Source: a virus
Direction: 5' to 3' (one strand)
Virus record (IMG/VR): IMGVR_UViG_3300045988_180675
Span: 64,001-128,000 of that record
Length of the DNA stretch: 64,000 bases
Shown here: positions 62,330-64,000 of the stretch, in pieces
Numbering within the stretch: position 1 is the first letter of the stretch
How the letters are laid out: the number at the start of each line of letters is the position of its first letter
Program-made: the position numbers and the translations under genes
Notes under the pieces: model-generated
The model's database searches: none
What the model was told of the DNA's origin: nothing
Seen by the model: only the letters and a program-made list of their open reading frames with translations

Positions 62330-64000
62330 TTAAGACATTTTCGTTACACCACAAATCTCATTTACTTTTGAAGAAACTGTGAATCCTAACTTCTCAGTCT
62401 GCTTTGTTTCTACATTGTAGATATAAACAGTATTGCCAAAGTCTTCTTTCATATTTTCCAATTCTTGCATACTAATTGCATTTGAATGGACTAAATATGT
62501 TCCATTCTTCTTCTTAGCTTCGAAACATTTTTGTAATGTGAATTTGTATTCAGCATCTAATGCCTCTCCATCTTCATCTGAAGAATTGAAGTCATCTAAA
62601 TCTGTTTTACCAGAAAAGAGTAACACATTTCCTTCTTTAATGAATTGCTTATTTTGTTCGTATGCTTTTTGGAATACATTGACGTTTGCGGTTCCAGTTT
62701 GATCCTGAACAACAATGAATGCCATATCATTTCCAGTCTTCTTGCTCTGTCTAATCTCAACATTTGTAATCAAACCGAAAATCATTGTTGTATTTGCATC
62801 CATATCACTGATCGGAGTAGCAGATAGTTCCTCTGGTCTACCATAATTGTCTAATGGACTTCCTGAAACATAATATCCAAGAACTTCTTTTTCGTCTGCC
62901 AACTTTTCTTCTGTTGTTTCAATTACAGGAGTAATTGTCAATGACTCAAAAGCTGTTCTTAATCCGATAACTGCTTCTTTTGCTCTTTCTAAAGACTTTT
63001 GCAACTTATCTTCTGTTGCTAGTTTCTTTAGTTCAACATGTAATCCGAGTTCCTTTTGCTTTTCAACTAACTCTTCATCACTGCCACATAAACAAAGTTT
63101 AGGTAAAATCTCTGTTACTGTCTGGATGTAAGTTTCTTTCTTTGCAAGTTTTGCATAAGTTGTCTTGAAAGCATCATAACTATCCAACATTGCCTTACGA
63201 CTTACATTGAAATCATCTAATGCTCCCGCCTTGATCAAGTTGATTACCGATGTCTTATCTGCCTTACTACGAGCTATAAAGTCGTGGAAAGAAGTATAAG
63301 GGGCATTTTCAACAATTGCCTTGGCAGCTGACGCAACTTCTTTTACAGATGCTAGACCAAATAGGATCTTGCCATCATGGACTGTGAATTTGCTCTTAGA
63401 GTAATTTACATTTGGTGGTAACACCTTTACACCGACTTCATGAGCTTCAATCAGAAGTTCTGGAAGTGGGTCCTTGGCTTGCGTTTTTTCAGCCCAGTTC
63501 ATTGCTCCAGCTAAAAATTCGGCTGGATACAATTCTTTAAGATAACCAGAAACATAGCTGTTATAAGCGTATGCTGCGGCATGCGACTTATTAAACGCAT
63601 ACTTAGCGAAGTTAGTCATTTCATCAAACAACTTACTTGCTGCATCATAGTTGATTCCATTTGCAACACATCCACGGATACCTCTATCTGGATCGCCTTC
63701 AATAAAAGCATGACGTTCTAGTTCTAGCTTTTCCATCTTCTTCTTAGACATGTATCGGCGAACCATATCGGCTCCGCCAAGTGTATATCCAGCTAATTTT
63801 TGGAAGATCTGCATAACCTGCTCTTGGTAAGCAATGGCTCCATACGTCTTGCCCAAGATAGGCTCTAGTTCTGGAGTTAGATATTGCACTGGCTTTCTTC
63901 CATGCTTGACATCCATTACGCTATCCAAATATTGCATTGGTCCTGGTCTAAACATTGAAACAAGAATAATCAGATCCTCGAAAGATGATGGTTCAAATCT
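62330..64000 (-). CDS. dnaE: DNA polymerase III alpha subunit (DnaE-type), C-terminal ~556 codons; 5' end beyond right edge
   Basis: FRPGPMQYL...TYGAIAYQEQVMQI...GGADMVRRYMSKKK matches the DnaE finger/beta-binding region. The frame stays open to position 64000 (..RFEPSSFEDLIILVSMFRPGPM). Confidence 0.95.
   Translation of the reverse strand, partial: RFEPSSFEDLIILVSMFRPGPMQYLDSVMDVKHGRKPVQYLTPELEPILGKTYGAIAYQEQVMQIFQKLAGYTLGGADMVRRYMSKKKMEKLELERHAFIEGDPDRGIRGCVANGINYDAASKLFDEMTNFAKYAFNKSHAAAYAYNSYVSGYLKELYPAEFLAGAMNWAEKTQAKDPLPELLIEAHEVGVKVLPPNVNYSKSKFTVHDGKILFGLASVKEVASAAKAIVENAPYTSFHDFIARSKADKTSVINLIKAGALDDFNVSRKAMLDSYDAFKTTYAKLAKKETYIQTVTEILPKLCLCGSDEELVEKQKELGLHVELKKLATEDKLQKSLERAKEAVIGLRTAFESLTITPVIETTEEKLADEKEVLGYYVSGSPLDNYGRPEELSATPISDMDANTTMIFGLITNVEIRQSKKTGNDMAFIVVQDQTGTANVNVFQKAYEQNKQFIKEGNVLLFSGKTDLDDFNSSDEDGEALDAEYKFTLQKCFEAKKKNGTYLVHSNAISMQELENMKEDFGNTVYIYNVETKQTEKLGFTVSSKVNEICGVTKMS

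Overview
The window is visibly AT-rich and Firmicutes-like: AGGAGG Shine-Dalgarno sites, TGnTATAAT promoters and LPXTG/sortase biology. It reads as part of a large self-replicating mobile element, plasmid- or ICE-like. I saw no capsid, terminase or tail genes, no rRNA or tRNA genes, and no CRISPR array. About 75 CDS are supportable, roughly 85 percent on the minus strand.

Modules from left to right:
- (1) 295-3044 is a 2.7-kb ORF-free region. It holds a phased array of about 16 dyad-symmetric 20-bp sites, several polypyrimidine/polypurine palindromic modules, a GC-rich islet and a candidate small RNA.
- (2) 3045-7775 carries a MobV relaxase, a PPP phosphatase, a CpaF/VirB11-type ATPase and a lipoprotein.
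- (3) 8422-11098 carries RecJ and a tandem-OB SSB.
- (4) 11268-19050 is the plus-strand block: a sortase-assembled pilus (LPXTG pilin plus class C sortase), PIN-PhoH, a PDZ membrane protein and a RusA-like resolvase.
- (5) 19082-23427 carries a SecA paralog and unknown partners.
- (6) 23742-30731 carries primase, SSB, a secreted nuclease, guanylate kinase and an unusual protein with an SSB-like tail.
- (7) 31155-31695 is a decayed IS200/IS605 relic.
- (8) 33011-37404 is a three-gene cassette: a PARP-catalytic-domain protein, a Cas4-like Fe-S nuclease and a UvrD helicase.
- (9) 37571-46809 is an islet of about 22 small orphan genes.
- (10) 46806-55811 carries RecG, two tandem RecD2-like helicases and a Rad50/SbcC-like ATPase.
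- (11) 55932-61149 is an operon with an RHH protein, signal peptidase I and ParM/ParR-like partition genes.
- (12) 61211-64000 carries an OB/zinc-ribbon protein and the 3' part of dnaE.

Two families of repeated regulatory sequence punctuate the element: 16 copies of a promoter/leader box, and 12-14 copies of an ATACTGTTAT box embedded in extended -10 promoters.

All calls rest on motif reading by eye. No database search or structure prediction was run.
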